Shown here one piece after another: positions 40,169 through 52,780 of a stretch of DNA of 64,000 bases (the first letter of the stretch is position 1; every line of letters begins with the position of its first letter). Position numbers and translations under genes: made by a program. The stretch is from Geosiphon pyriformis uo1 (taxonomy: Eukaryota > Fungi > Glomeromycota), in NCBI GenBank assembly GCA_016748015.1, contig JAAOMT010000429.1:278743-342742 (forward strand), written 5' to 3'. The notes under the pieces are model-generated. The model searched no databases. It was not told the origin of the DNA and saw only the letters and a list, made by a program, of their open reading frames with translations.

Positions 40169-41705
40169 CTAATTATTATTTCTATTTAGATAATTTTTTA
40201 GAGCTTCATCAAAATTCCTGAATTTACTAATTGATTCGCAATTGCCCATTTCAACCCCAAAATAAGGTCCATTATGAAATAAAGTTCCCGGAACTTCGGT
40301 TATTGATTGACCAGCATTACACTCCTAAAGAAAAAACTTGTTTTTTAACGCCATTACCAAAAAATTCTTAGTCCAATATAAATTATCACTAACCATATTC
40401 TCATCAGAATACTGCGAATTCAACCATTCTTCTCTTTGACTTGACATCAAAGGAGAAGAATTACAGTCCCAATACGTATTTGGGTCGTCATCAGCAGCAC
40501 AATCACAATTACTCAATGGCTCAATCCAAATTTCAGTACCAAAATGTTTCCACCCCTTTGAAGACGATGGAAAGTGCGGCACATGATCATTTCCATGGGT
40601 AAAGCGGCGATGATTGATTCCTTGGTTGAAAAAATTGCGAAGGTGCTCGTTTCCAATTCTCGGAGCTCCATAAGTAAAAATACCTTGCCCTATTTCGCTT
40701 AAATTAACATCCGGCCAAATATTCTCCCTCTTGATTAAAAAACTTCCAATTGCCCATAAAAACCCAGCAATAGAGGCATATGCTTTTATATGTGTAGTTA
40801 AAAGATTTTTTAATATTAAAATAATAAATAATTCTTACTAGATACTTTATAATAGAAAATTTTGAGGAAACTAACCTCCACCAAGACCATGTCCCGTAAA
40901 CATAATATCATACCATTTAGTTACTCTTGGAATTTGAATTAAAGATGTTTTAATAGCTTCGAATAAAATAGGAAATAATAATTCCACATCTTTCAATAAT
41001 TGCGAGTCCACAAGAATTTTCTCGTCAAAGTTTGGAAAATTTTTCAAACGAAGCGGTACTTGTTTTGAGTTTCTAGAAGCCCATTGTTCTTTCGTTAATT
41101 TCTAATATAAAAAAAAAGCATTATTATCTCCGAATTTTATTTGATTTAAAATATTAAAGGGGTTGAGATAGTTACTGGCCCCGCAAACATAATCAATAAA
41201 GCGCTATATAGTGGTGAGCGTAAGTAAAATTGAACCTCCACTAATGAACAGTGTTTGAAAGATATTAATTTGTTTAAGAGAACTTTCATTTAAGACAAAT
41301 TCTTTTCGGAAATCAAAAACCTTTAAATTGTAAGCCAGGCACTTTTGACCCAAGATTATTTAGACCGAGGCAGTCAAATGCATTTATCATGAATGCAACT
41401 TGCGAGGAAACCATTAACTCTTCATTATTAGGTAAAATTCGGCTCTTGGGTAGTGATTGTGAACGTTTTTTGGTTTGATTGATTTTAAGTGGGATATCGA
41501 TTTGATTTATCCAATTAATCATAGTAGGAGAGGTGTAGTTTATATCTAGTTTTTTATCCTTTTGAATAACTTTAAAGGCTACCCAGCTGCTGTGGTTTTC
41601 ATGCATCAAAAAATAAAAAACTGATGCCATAAAAATTGCAGTAATAATCTTGAATTTTTCCCGAAAATTGACCTTGAAAGGTATTTGATTAATAAAAGAA
41701 CTCAT
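40169..41705 (-). CDS. Class-3 lipase-like protein, copy 2 (Ser->Gly); exons 41705-41321, 41240-41176, 41101-40876, 40782-40394, 40324-40169
   Basis: Same exon structure and motifs as copy 1. Starts MSSFINQIPFKV; GHGLGG at 40894-40877. Confidence 0.9.
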
Positions 41706-41969
41706 TTTATTAATCTTCAAGAAGGATATAACAGAGCTTCATGGAATATTTTATAATTTTTTTAAGATGCACTAAATAAAGTTCCTATAGATCGAGCCTA
41801 ATTGTTTTTTTAGAACATCTTATAAAGGAATAGATAATGTAATTTTATCCTCTTTTTGAAAATATTTCCCCGACCACCTATCACATTATATCTTGTATCC
41901 TTAAATCTAAATTATAAACAAACCTATTATATTTTATTCCTTTTTATTTTAAAATTTTATTCAGCTTGA

Positions 41970-42119
41970 AAACCTTAAGAGCGCGAGTTCGTTCACGACA
42001 ATATGATCTAAAAGTGGCACTGTCTTCTTGATAATCTTCTTCAGCTTGATGACTGAATGTTATTTTTTTTGATTTCGACTTCGAAAAGGGTCCTTACTAA
42101 GAACTAGGAAGAATAGCAT
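41970..42119 (-). pseudogene. CRN N-terminal-like relic upstream of lipase copy 2
   Basis: Near-identical inverted copy of 17762-17910. Confidence 0.5.
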
Positions 42120-42394
42120 TTTAAGATTATTTATCTAGTCAGCTCATTACTCTTTGTTGCTATTTGATATTTCGAGTTCTAATTAAAAACAGTATATGTG
42201 TCATTTAGATTTGCTACTGTGAAATCTATAGTTTTATGTCGCATATAGAGCGTGCTGCAACAAAACCAGACAAAGTGAACAAATAATTGTGATTGAAAGA
42301 TATATTTTCTTCTTGATCTTTTTTTCGGCTTCCTCCTTGGCATCCAGCATACCATCATCGTTATCCCTGATGTTGTCAAGATTGTTGGAATTAA

Positions 42395-42930
42395 TCAGAT
42401 AGGAGATATTCTACTTGAATTTTTTTCTTTCTCTAATTGTTGCTTAGTTTGTTCTAATGTAGTTTTAATTTTTGCTAGCTCTCCTAGAACCTTAGATTTA
42501 ATCTCTTTACCTGACTCTTTGGTGTAGTCTTCTGGGTTGTTTTTTTTGAAAGCGATTCTTTCATTTTCCATGGCATCTACCATCATTTCCCTTCATATTT
42601 AGGATACATAAGCACGGTAATCTCAGATTCAGATTGAGTAGGGACTCCCACTTCTTCTTTCCCTAGCGTAATTTTAAAAACGACATCATGACAAACATCA
42701 TTCTCTTCCATCTTTTTCATTGGCTCCTTTAACATTTCTCGCAGCTTAGCTTTAGTTTCGGCATATATGGCATTAATTTCATTAGGTAATTTATTTTAGT
42801 GGAAATTAGCACGAACCCCAAATCATTATGTAATTTAGCCATTATCTTGCTTTTTCTGCAATCACTTTAACTTGGTTAGGTTGGAGGGCTTCTGATATCT
42901 GTTTCATTTGCTCTTTGTGAGCAGATGCAC
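42395..42930 (-). pseudogene. Broken ORF of unknown family (charged, coiled-coil-like)
   Basis: GC-richer, coding-like fragments …KEQMKQISEALQPNQVKVIAEKAR*, NEINAIYAETKAKLREMLKEPMKKMEEND…MYPKYEGK* and MMVDAMENERIAFKK…EQTKQQLEKEKN, separated by stops and frameshifts. Confidence 0.4.
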
Positions 42931-44491
42931 AAAGCATATAACATAGCGTTAAGATCGGATTTTAATAATCAAATTAACCAATTCTTTGTACATAGTATTA
43001 CTAGTTGAAATTTGAAGATAAAAACATTATCGAATGACATTTCTTTTAAATTTAGCAAATCATTATTGAACGTTTTAATTATTTAATATTTAATTATGCA
43101 CAGATTAATGCAGTAAAACAAATAGTTTCAGCTGAAACTTATAGTTTCTGAATAAAATTCTAAAGAACCACTATAACAATTAAAGATTAAGAAAATCATT
43201 GAAAGTTAGTATGATTTCAAAATCGAGAAAATTAATTAATGTTATTTATATTTTATATGAAAGAGCTTATCATTTTCAAGAAATATATTATATAATAAGT
43301 TAACAATATTTCCATTTTAAATATAGATTTAAATAAAGAAAAAATTCTATTCAAACCAATTAAAGTCAGTCCTATTAATTTAAATTATTTTTAACAGTTG
43401 TTTATTCAATAAATTGCAAAAACAAGTCTTTTTCCTTTTTAAGCTAATTCTAACAAAATATAAATTAAAACAGAGAAAGAAATGTAGAATTAACTTAAAT
43501 TAATGAAATGTAAAAAGAAAATGGATATTTATTTTAAGATATTAAGATGGATTTAAAAAGCAAACAATCAAGCCAATAATCAATTTATTAATCTGATAAC
43601 AGTTAATTTTAAAAATAGAGTGGCTAAAATATCTAATATTAATAACTAAAGATAATTAATAAATAAAGTTAATTATTATAATTTCTTTGTGTAAAATATT
43701 TAACTTAACAATATATTTAAAAGCAAAAATAGTGAAACAACATTTTATTGAATTTTTTAAGTTACAAATTTATTTTTAAACTTTAAAATAAGACTTAAAT
43801 CAGTTTACAACTTTATTTTTATAATTTATAAAAATAAATAATTTTTTTTTCATAAATTTGGTTTTAAGAAAAATCTTTTAATTATTATAATTGTCTTATT
43901 AATCATGTATTAACTACTTATTATTTTTTACCTGATCAATAGCTTATTTATTAACTAAGTTGTTAACTTCTTTATTGAATGCAAAACAAAAAATTTTTAA
44001 TTTATAAAAAGTATCAATTTCTATTAAATTTATATTGATAAAATTAGCTTTAAAATTTAAAATACTTATTTTAAATAAATTCCTTTTGTTTTACCAATGT
44101 TAAATAACTCATTTAGTTCATTTATTCCAGAAACTTACTTTAAACAAAAGAATAAATAAATAATGATAATGTTCTCGGTAATTCTCGGTAAAACAAAAAG
44201 TGATCTCTGATCACCTTTATTTTCCCATTCAAACACAGATATTCAGAAGTTCCAATGGCATATAATATTCACAAACGGGGATATTCAATTTACAGGAGAT
44301 TTTTCTTATGTTAGGATAAAAATGGAAAAAATCCTTTTAATATACAATTTTCTTCTCTTGATTCTTGGTATATCTGTATGAAATGCCACCTTTTCAAGTT
44401 TCAATACAATTCAAATTAAGATTCAAGAAACATCAATCACTATTTTTAGAACAAATTTTTTTAAAGGTTTTGACCAAACTCAATGTTAATC

Positions 44492-44728
44492 TCAAAATAA
44501 TTGATTAAAAACTACCGGGAAAATCGGAATTCTTTCCATTTTAATGGGATCCGCAAAGAATCCCAAGCAATCCACTGTCCATACATTTTTTTGTATGTCA
44601 ACTCCTTCCAGTTTCGCGTTTGTAGATTTTAGGATTGAATAATGTTTAAGGTCAAAAAAGGAGAAAGCCAGTCCTCGAGAATCAAAAACCCAAAGTAACA
44701 CTAAGCCTATCAACAAAATCATATACAC
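44492..44728 (-). pseudogene. Possible first exon or fragment of a divergent secreted (lipase-family?) gene
   Basis: Hydrophobic N-terminus (MILLIGLVLLWVF) and TVDCLG, echoing AFDCLG in lipase exon 1. No downstream lipase motifs were found. Confidence 0.25.
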
Positions 44729-46149
44729 AAGCAGTTGTGGAAGAGGCTGATTGTAGATTGATTACTTAATCATACAACAGACTTCTAAAATTGGCTGTAT
44801 ATGATTATATTTCTTGGGAATTTTAGAAGAATCTATTTATTCCCAGTCTATCCGTCGATATGGTTTTTGCGATGAGAATAGCGTGATGATGCATGCATGA
44901 AAATTGAAAAATCTTGCCCTGTTTCGACTTTACATTACCATCATGATAAAAAAAATCACAATTTCGATAGTTCTAGACTTACCGTTTGTGTGATTGAAAA
45001 AACTAAACTTCCTGATAATCTAAATTAAAATATCATCCCATCAAAGCAATTCTTTTCATCAAGAATTTGGTAATTATCTGAATGTCTCCGATAGGTTTGG
45101 AAATATGGAATTTCATCCAATTAATAATGAAATTTTTTCCATTAATCGAATAATAGTTGGTCAAATTCTTGAATTTTCAGAATTGAACTCAGGCTTTTGA
45201 GTCCAAAAATCAAACCTTCAAAATTTCCTTTTCAAAGGAAAATTTTTCCCAGGAAACAAAAGTACCGGTAAACTATCCAGTTTAATTTTAAACAAAATGG
45301 CTTAACGCTATTCCATGAGAGCTTGGTGCTAAATATTAAACCTTAACCTGATCATTGAATCAACTTTCTTGGCTCAATATTTCTGCACCATGCCGATTTA
45401 CTAATTATTGCAAACCATTTCTGGAAAAAAAGGGACAATACCGTGATTTCGATAAGACCTTTAACAAATCAGAACTCAATATACCTTTTTATTGTTCCGT
45501 CATTGTTCACATGAAACTGGACGAGATTGAATAATTGTACAACGCTAGATTTAATCCTGGTAAAACGCTGACCGTTTTCTGACAGTATCACCATTTATTT
45601 CTTAACCAGGATTTGTGTTTCATGCCTGAAACTCGAAGATCTGTGCCCCTTTTTTTGGCGACAATCACCTTTTTAACAGTCTATATCAAATTTCAAGCAA
45701 TAAAAAATCTATTTCTGTTGAAAAAGAAACAACCAGCCAATAGAAGTCAATGAAAGAGAAATAATTGGCGATTATTAATGACTACAATGATATACAAATG
45801 AAACATAACATCAATTCCCTTCCGTTCTATACGATACAATGTTCGCATCTTGCCTGCATCTTGTTGCTACACCACTTCTTTAATGCGAAAAACAAAATTT
45901 CTAGTTTCGCACGAAAAAAAAAGGAATGATCACTAATAGTGAAATATTTAGCTTGCTAGCAACTTTTTCTATGATATCACTGGCGTAAGTCCTCCAAAAT
46001 CGACTTTCATCATGCCATTGCGTCACATGTGTCTGCCATCGACAATCACTACATAAAGAAATGGAATCCTGCTGAACTTTCCCAAACGAGACAGCATAAA
46101 ACCAAAGTGACCATTACCTACAACCATTAAAATTCCTTTTTTTGAAAAA

Positions 46150-47926
46150 ATGACAACCACAAACCGCTATTTCCCATTTCTTTCCCGCGATTTTTCAAAA
46201 TTATTGGAAAGTGCACAAAACCCAGATATATGCGTAAAAGTTGGCAGAGGAAATTTAACAAGAAGTTTTCGTTCCCATTCTTTGATATTACATGCACGAT
46301 CAAATTTGTTTGCGAAACTTTTGGCAGATAAAACAACCTTTAGTCCGTCAGAGGGTGAAGATTTAGAGCCAAAATTACCGGTAGTTAGTGGTCAAAAATT
46401 GGAGTTGTTGACACCAGCAGTATTCGAAATACTTCTTCGGTAGGTAGTTCGAAATTCTTCATCGACAAAGATTTCACGCTCAAATGTCTTATTCCCATTT
46501 CAAACCTTAATTCAATTTCTATAAATCAAATAGATATATATATGGAGGAAGTTTGCCGCTGGAAAATCGATGTGGTCGGCACATATTGGACCTTCTCGTC
46601 GGTGCTGACTTGCTAGAACTTCCAGAAATTCTCATTGAAATCCAAGACCATTTAATAAAAAATAATGGGGATTGGTTAGTGGAAAATTTCGGTCTAATAA
46701 GCCGAACAATAATGGAACATCCAAACTTTAAACCATTATACGAATCATATAAAGATATAATACGAACGAGGCCTGAAGGAATTTTCCAAGCCAAAGACTT
46801 CTTAATAATACCACAGTCAACCCTTATTGAAATCCTCAAAAATGATGATGTTGCCATGGAAGAAGTGGATATCTGGAAGCGAGTGATAGAATGGGGAAAT
46901 GGACAAACACCAAATCAAAATCGAAATACGGCCTCATGGTCTTTACTTGAATTCGCTCGTTTACAAAAAAACCTCGAAAATTGTATACCACATATCAGAT
47001 TTTTTCAACTTTCTTCATCAGAATTTCAAGATCACGTATTCCCCTATCTGGAAATTTTGGGAAATCAGCTCTCGACGGATATCTTAAGTTACCATTTAAA
47101 GCCAGGATACATTCCAAAAACACCAGTTGCACCACCACGATATGGAACGAAGAGTATGATGATTGCAAAAATGGTTCCACATTATCATTTTGACTCGATA
47201 ACAATCAATAAACGACATGCAGCTTTAATTTCCATCTGGCTTCGTCGAAAAGAAAACGAAACTCCCTCAAAGTTTCGGAGTCAAGAACCGGCGATTGAAA
47301 ATAGTCTTGAATTCAAATTACTTTTACGTGGCTCTCGCGATGGTTTTACACCCAAAGAATTTCATCGACTATGTGACTCAAAAGGTGCTACATTAACAGT
47401 TATAAAAGTACGTGGAACTGGTGAAATATTGGGTGGTTATAATCCTTTGGATTGGAAAGCAACAGACGAAGGAAAATACCAAGAAACCAAAGATAGTTTT
47501 ATCTTTTCCCTTGGGGAAAATTTTCCAAAGTCGGCAATACTATCCCGTGTTGCGGAATCAACACAAGCAATATATTATAATAAGGTTTGGGGGCCTAGTT
47601 TTGGAGTATTTGATTTAGCTTTGCATGGTAATTTTTCTGGAGATGGGTTATGCCGAAGTTTAAAAGGACAATATGAAAATGAATTACGGCCACGAGAGTG
47701 TGAGGATTTTTCTGTGGAAGAATATGAAGTATTTCAAGTCATTGATCATGAACAATTTAAAGAGGAGAGGGGGTTAACAAGCCGAAAATTATTTGTTTTT
47801 TTAATGATAGCACTCACGTTTTTCTTATTTAGCCTAAGTTTTTGTATTTATAATTTGTGCACTTCTACATGTGGTATTATAGAAACTATAGAACGGATGA
47901 CAAGAGGTTTAATAGTAATTTATTGA
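46150..47926 (+). CDS. BTB/POZ-BACK-TLDc protein with C-terminal hydrophobic segment; exons 46150-46439, 46534-47926 (~560 aa)
   Basis: BTB: DICVKVG…FRSHSLILHARS…VFEILLR|YIYGG. BACK: EEVDIWKRVIEWG…IPHIRF. TLDc: FKLLLRGSRDGF…FHRLCDSKGATL…ILGGYNP…GPSFG…VEEYEVFQV. The GT-AG intron is in frame. Confidence 0.93.
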
Positions 47927-50522
47927 AAATCCAATTTTATTTATCTGTAAATAAAATATAAAATCTTAGACCTTATTAACTATATTAACTTTTAAAACAA
48001 AGATCTAACCGATGCTGAAATTGAAATTTTTACTAATCTTTAAGAATATTAGATTAACAGTTAAAATACTGTTACAGTAAATGAATTGTTCAAAAGCCAA
48101 AATTTCGAAAATTTCAACAAAAGAACTTATTTTTTTGGTAAGAGAAAGTTTTTTAAAATACATTCTTTATTTTAAGATATATTTAATATTGGCTTTTAGA
48201 TCTTTAATTTTAGTATGATATTATTTTGTAAAAAAAAAAATTTTACTTAAAATATTATTGACATTTAATGTATAATTTTAATATAAACTTTCAATAAATT
48301 TATATTCAAACACTTGAATTGTTGTTTAACAATTATTTTTTAAATTAAACTATCCATAAAAGGTGTTGAATAATAAATCATAATAAATCACATTACTATA
48401 CAAAAAGATAATGTGAAAAATTATAATTTTTGTTATTGAAAAGGCATCTATGTAAATAGCAAGCAATTCGAAATTTTATATAAGATCAATAAAAATGCGC
48501 ACTATATTTTTTTGAGTAATAAAGTAAAATATTAAACAGATTTCAAGTTTATTTATTAATATTCATTTTTCTTCGTTTTTAAAAATTTACACAAAAATGC
48601 TCCAAAAACCATTTAAAAGATTATTAAGTCTGTTTTAATTTAAAAAATCAAATTGTTTTCAATATAAATTTAACCAAAAAATTAATATTTATTTTTCCAA
48701 TGCTTAAATCAATATGATGTTTTTTTCCTTTTCTCTATTATCCAAATTTTTTTGAAATTTAGTTCAATTTAATCAATTATTAACTTAATTTGTAAAACTA
48801 AATTTTTATCCATTTTAATTTAAGCGCATTTTGATTTTAAAATTCTTGGTAAAAGTCGAAATTCAAAGGTGAATTTTTGAACATTATTATTAGATTGACC
48901 AAATAGTTTTTATGAACATGAATGACAAATCTAAATACTTTTATCTCACAAATACTAGATGTATGTATAGATTAAATACAAAATAATATTATTTTACTTT
49001 ATTTAGAAAAAGACAGCAGCAATAGCATATAACAATACAGGATTTGAAAATTTTCCCTTTCATGAATAATTTTCGGCCTTAAAAGAAGTAAAAAATATGC
49101 ATCCAAAATTCAAACTGGTTTGTGGAAAAAAGAAAATAAACTAATTTAAAAATTCAAGATCGTTTTATTATGTTCAATTTAATAAAATCCTTTTAAAAAA
49201 GATAATTGCTCGATTTAGAAGCTTTATATTAAAAATTTAAAGGATAATAAAAATTTTGAATTTAAAAAATATGGTTCATCTAATTCATTAGTGAAATTGT
49301 GAAAGAAATACGGATTTTGACGGAGGAGAAGCAAACTGCATTCAAGATTTTACCACCATGATAAGAACAAGTTATCCGAAGCATCTGCTAAAAGACTATT
49401 GTCAGCATTATTTCTTCACTTGAAACCTACTGTAAGAATTATTTGTTAGAATGCTAGAATGTGTTAATGAGCCATTTAATGCTTGAGATTATATCAAGGA
49501 TAGCGATTGAATTCACGCTTTGCATTGAAAATAAGTGGCTTATGGATTACAAAGACCAAATAACCCTTTTTATATTTGTTTCTTGTTCATGAGTATCTAT
49601 GCACATTTTGGAGAGTTGTTCTAATATCCACAAATATTATTATATTAGGATTTTACCAAGATGTATTTTCTTACGCTTCGGCAATTCAAACTCAAGTGTT
49701 CTAAATGATAAGTGTGACGGAAAAGTATTTGATTAATTATTACCTTTTAGCGGTAACTTTTTATAAATATTTTCGATCATCGTCTACATAAAATTTTGGT
49801 TTTTAATAATAATAATAATAATAATAACTGAATGCTTAAAAAATAAAAATTTATGCAAACAAACTCTAATTTTTTAAAGTATTTTATACAAATTTCAATA
49901 ATTGATTATTTACTTTTAAGTTAAATTTACCTTATCATGTAATTTAAACAGATAAAATAATTATCTAGCTTTATGCTATGATCTAATAAAACTTAATAAT
50001 ATATACTAAGTATTTATCCCATCAAATCAATCAATTATTGATGATTTGAATAATTAAATTTTGAAACTTTCAGGACGCCCTTTAGCAGTAATATAAGAAT
50101 TAAGGATTGAAGCAATAAGATAAAGAAATTTTAATTTGGATATTTGGAAAATCTCACCTTGAAATAATAAGTTCCTCATTTGAATTGGCATAAAATTAGT
50201 TTCCTCTCCCAACCTTAAATGCATTTTCAAATATTAATTTAAAGTGTGAGATAAATTATATAATTATTTATAGTCTCTTATAAGCGAAAAGGCTATTAAT
50301 AAAGAAATTTTAAATAATCTTAAAATAGAGCACTTAAGGCACTTTAAATTATAATATTTTGGGCCCCATTTGAAAAAATATTTATTCAAATCTAATTGCC
50401 TTGATATATTAATCTATTTAAAGAGAATAAATTTACCAAAAGCTCTTTCTTTTTATTTAGCTACAATATTCTCAAAATAGAATTGAATAATTGAATATAT
50501 AGCAAAAGAAAATATTTTGCTG

Positions 50523-52031
50523 CTAATTGTTATCTCTATTGCGAGCCTCTTCAGAATTCCCTAACTTTATAATTGATTTGCAGTTGCCCATTTCAACCCC
50601 AAAATAAGGCCCAGTATGAAATAATTTGCCCGGAACTTCGTTTATTGATTGACCAGCATTACACTCCTAAAATAAAAAATATCTTATTTTTTAACACCTT
50701 TTTACGGAAAATTTTTTAATTCTATATAGATTAATACTAACCATATTCTCTTTAGAATATCGCGAATTGACCCATGCTTCTCTTTGATGGTTGTACAACG
50801 AATTAACATTACAATCCCAATACCTATTTGGGTCATCAGGACAATCACAATTGCTCATTGGCTCAATCCAGACCTCAGTACCAAAATGTCTCCATCCCAT
50901 TAAATTCGAAGGAAAGTGTGGCACATGATCATTTCCATGGGTAATGCGGCGATGATCAATTGCTTCGTTCAAAAGATAGCTAAGATGGCTGTTTCCAACT
51001 CTCGGAGCTCCATAAGTAAAAATACCCTGCCCTATTGTGCTTAAATCAATATTCGGCCAAAGGTTGTTTTTTGTGATTTCAAATTTTTCAATTGTCCACC
51101 TAAACCCAGCAATACAGGCATATGCTTGTATATTTAAAATATTTTTATATTAAAAAAATGACTCTTACTGTTAAACTTTAAAATAGAAGATATTTAGGAA
51201 ACTAACCTCCACCAAGACCATGTCCGACAAATAGAATACTATTTACTTTGGGGAATCGACTTGAATATGATTTAATAGTTTCACTTAAAGTAGGAAACAA
51301 TAAATTCACATTTTTCAATAATTGTGAATCCACACGATGTCTTTCGTCAAACTTTGGACCAGTTTTAAAACGAAGTGGCACCTGTCTTGACTTTCTTGAA
51401 GCCCATTGGTTTTTCGTTAATTTCTAATATAAATAAAGAAGTATTTTTATCTCAAGATTTTATTTGATTTAAAATATTAAAGGGGTTGAGATAATTACTG
51501 GCCCCGCAAACATAATTAATAAAGCGCTATATTGTGGTGAATGTAAGTGAAACTGAACCTCCACTAATGAACAGTATTTAAAAGATATATTGATTTTTTT
51601 AAGAAAACTTTCATTTCAAACTAATTTTTATTCAGAATTCAAATACCTTTAATTTGTAAACCAGGCACTTTTAAGCCATCATTATTTAAACCGAGACAGT
51701 CAAATGCATTTATCATGAATGCAATTTCCGAGAGAATCACTAACTCTTCATCATCAGATAAAATTCGGCTCTTGGGTTGTGATTGTGAGCGTTTTTTGGT
51801 TTGATTGATTTTTAGTGGGATATCGATTTGATTTATCCAATTAATCATAGTAGGAGAGGTGTAGTTTATATCTGGTTTTTTATCCTTTTGAATAACTTTA
51901 AAGGCTATCCAGCTGCTGTGGTTTTCATGCAGCAAAAAATAAAAAACTGATGCCATCAAAATTGCAGTAATAATCTTAAATCTTCCCAGAAAATCGACCT
52001 TGAATGGTATTTGATTATTAAAAGAACCCAT
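50523..52031 (-). CDS. Class-3 lipase-like protein, copy 3 (Ser->Gly), 5 exons
   Basis: Same intron positions as copies 1 and 2. SILFVGHGLGG (51225-51208), IFTYGAPRVGN, RITHGNDHVPHFP, FHTGPYFGV; stop at 50523-25. Confidence 0.9.
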
Positions 52032-52629
52032 TTTATTAATCTTGAAGAAGTATGTAACAGAGCTTCATGGAATATTTTATAATGTTTTTCATGATGCGTT
52101 AAATAAAAATACTATAGATCGAGCTTAATTGTTTTTTTAGAACATCTCATTTAAACAAATAATGGAAAATATTTTTCCCAAACACCAATCACATATCCTA
52201 AAGAAGTTGGAAATTTTGATTTTTTATAAACAAATCTATTACATATATTTTTATTCCTTGTTATATCTTAGCTTGAAAATGTAATTTTATTATTCTGAAA
52301 TTTTTTACAATTGATATTGTTCACAAACCATACTATTTTCAGCTTTTATTTCAAAGAACTGTATAAGATGTCGTTAATTAGTAGATTATGATAGCAAATA
52401 ACGTCGCAAATAAAACACCAAACGTTCCCTCTGATATATTTATTATCTTTTCCCAAGAAATTACTAAAGAGATTTCTTAACAATAGAAGCAGGCGGTAAG
52501 ATTAAGATATACAATATTTAGTGATTTTTGATAATAAATTTAGCTCTTGAACTCAAAGTTTTTTTCTATCATTAATGTAAGCATAAAGGCTTTCTTTTTA
52601 GGATTTTCAGTTCATCCCTTTACTTGCTG

Positions 52630-52780
52630 GTAAAAATGTTAGTCTTCAGAGCACGAGTTTGTTCGTGGCAATAAGATCTAAATATATCACTTTCTTCATC
52701 AAAATCTTCTTTCAGCTTGCTGACTGACTCGTTGTTTTAGGTTCAATTTCGAAGGTGTTCTCAGAAGGGTATTGTCTGCT
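52630..52780 (-). pseudogene. CRN N-terminal-like relic upstream of lipase copy 3
   Basis: YPSENTFEIEPKNNESVSKLK/KILMKKVIYLDLIATNKLVL*; homologous to 17762-17910. Confidence 0.5.

Larger units (their letters stand above)
39269..42521 (-). repeat. Right arm of large inverted repeat (contains lipase-like copy 2 and an assembly gap)
   Basis: See 17352-20774. Confidence 0.95.

Noticed and set aside
17352-42521. Inverted arms as the TIRs of a giant DNA transposon
   Set aside because: Identity is lowest at the outer ends, I found no TSD, and no transposase or recombinase is visible inside.
42570-42600. TGA-as-Trp (genetic code 4) read-through suggesting a Mollicutes insert
   Set aside because: On re-translation the break is a frameshift, not an in-frame TGA.
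46519-47618. Overlapping alternative and antisense ORFs within the BTB-TLDc gene (also 12657-12987, 55587-55778, 62508-62717)
   Set aside because: Shadow ORFs of GC-richer real exons, with no motifs.
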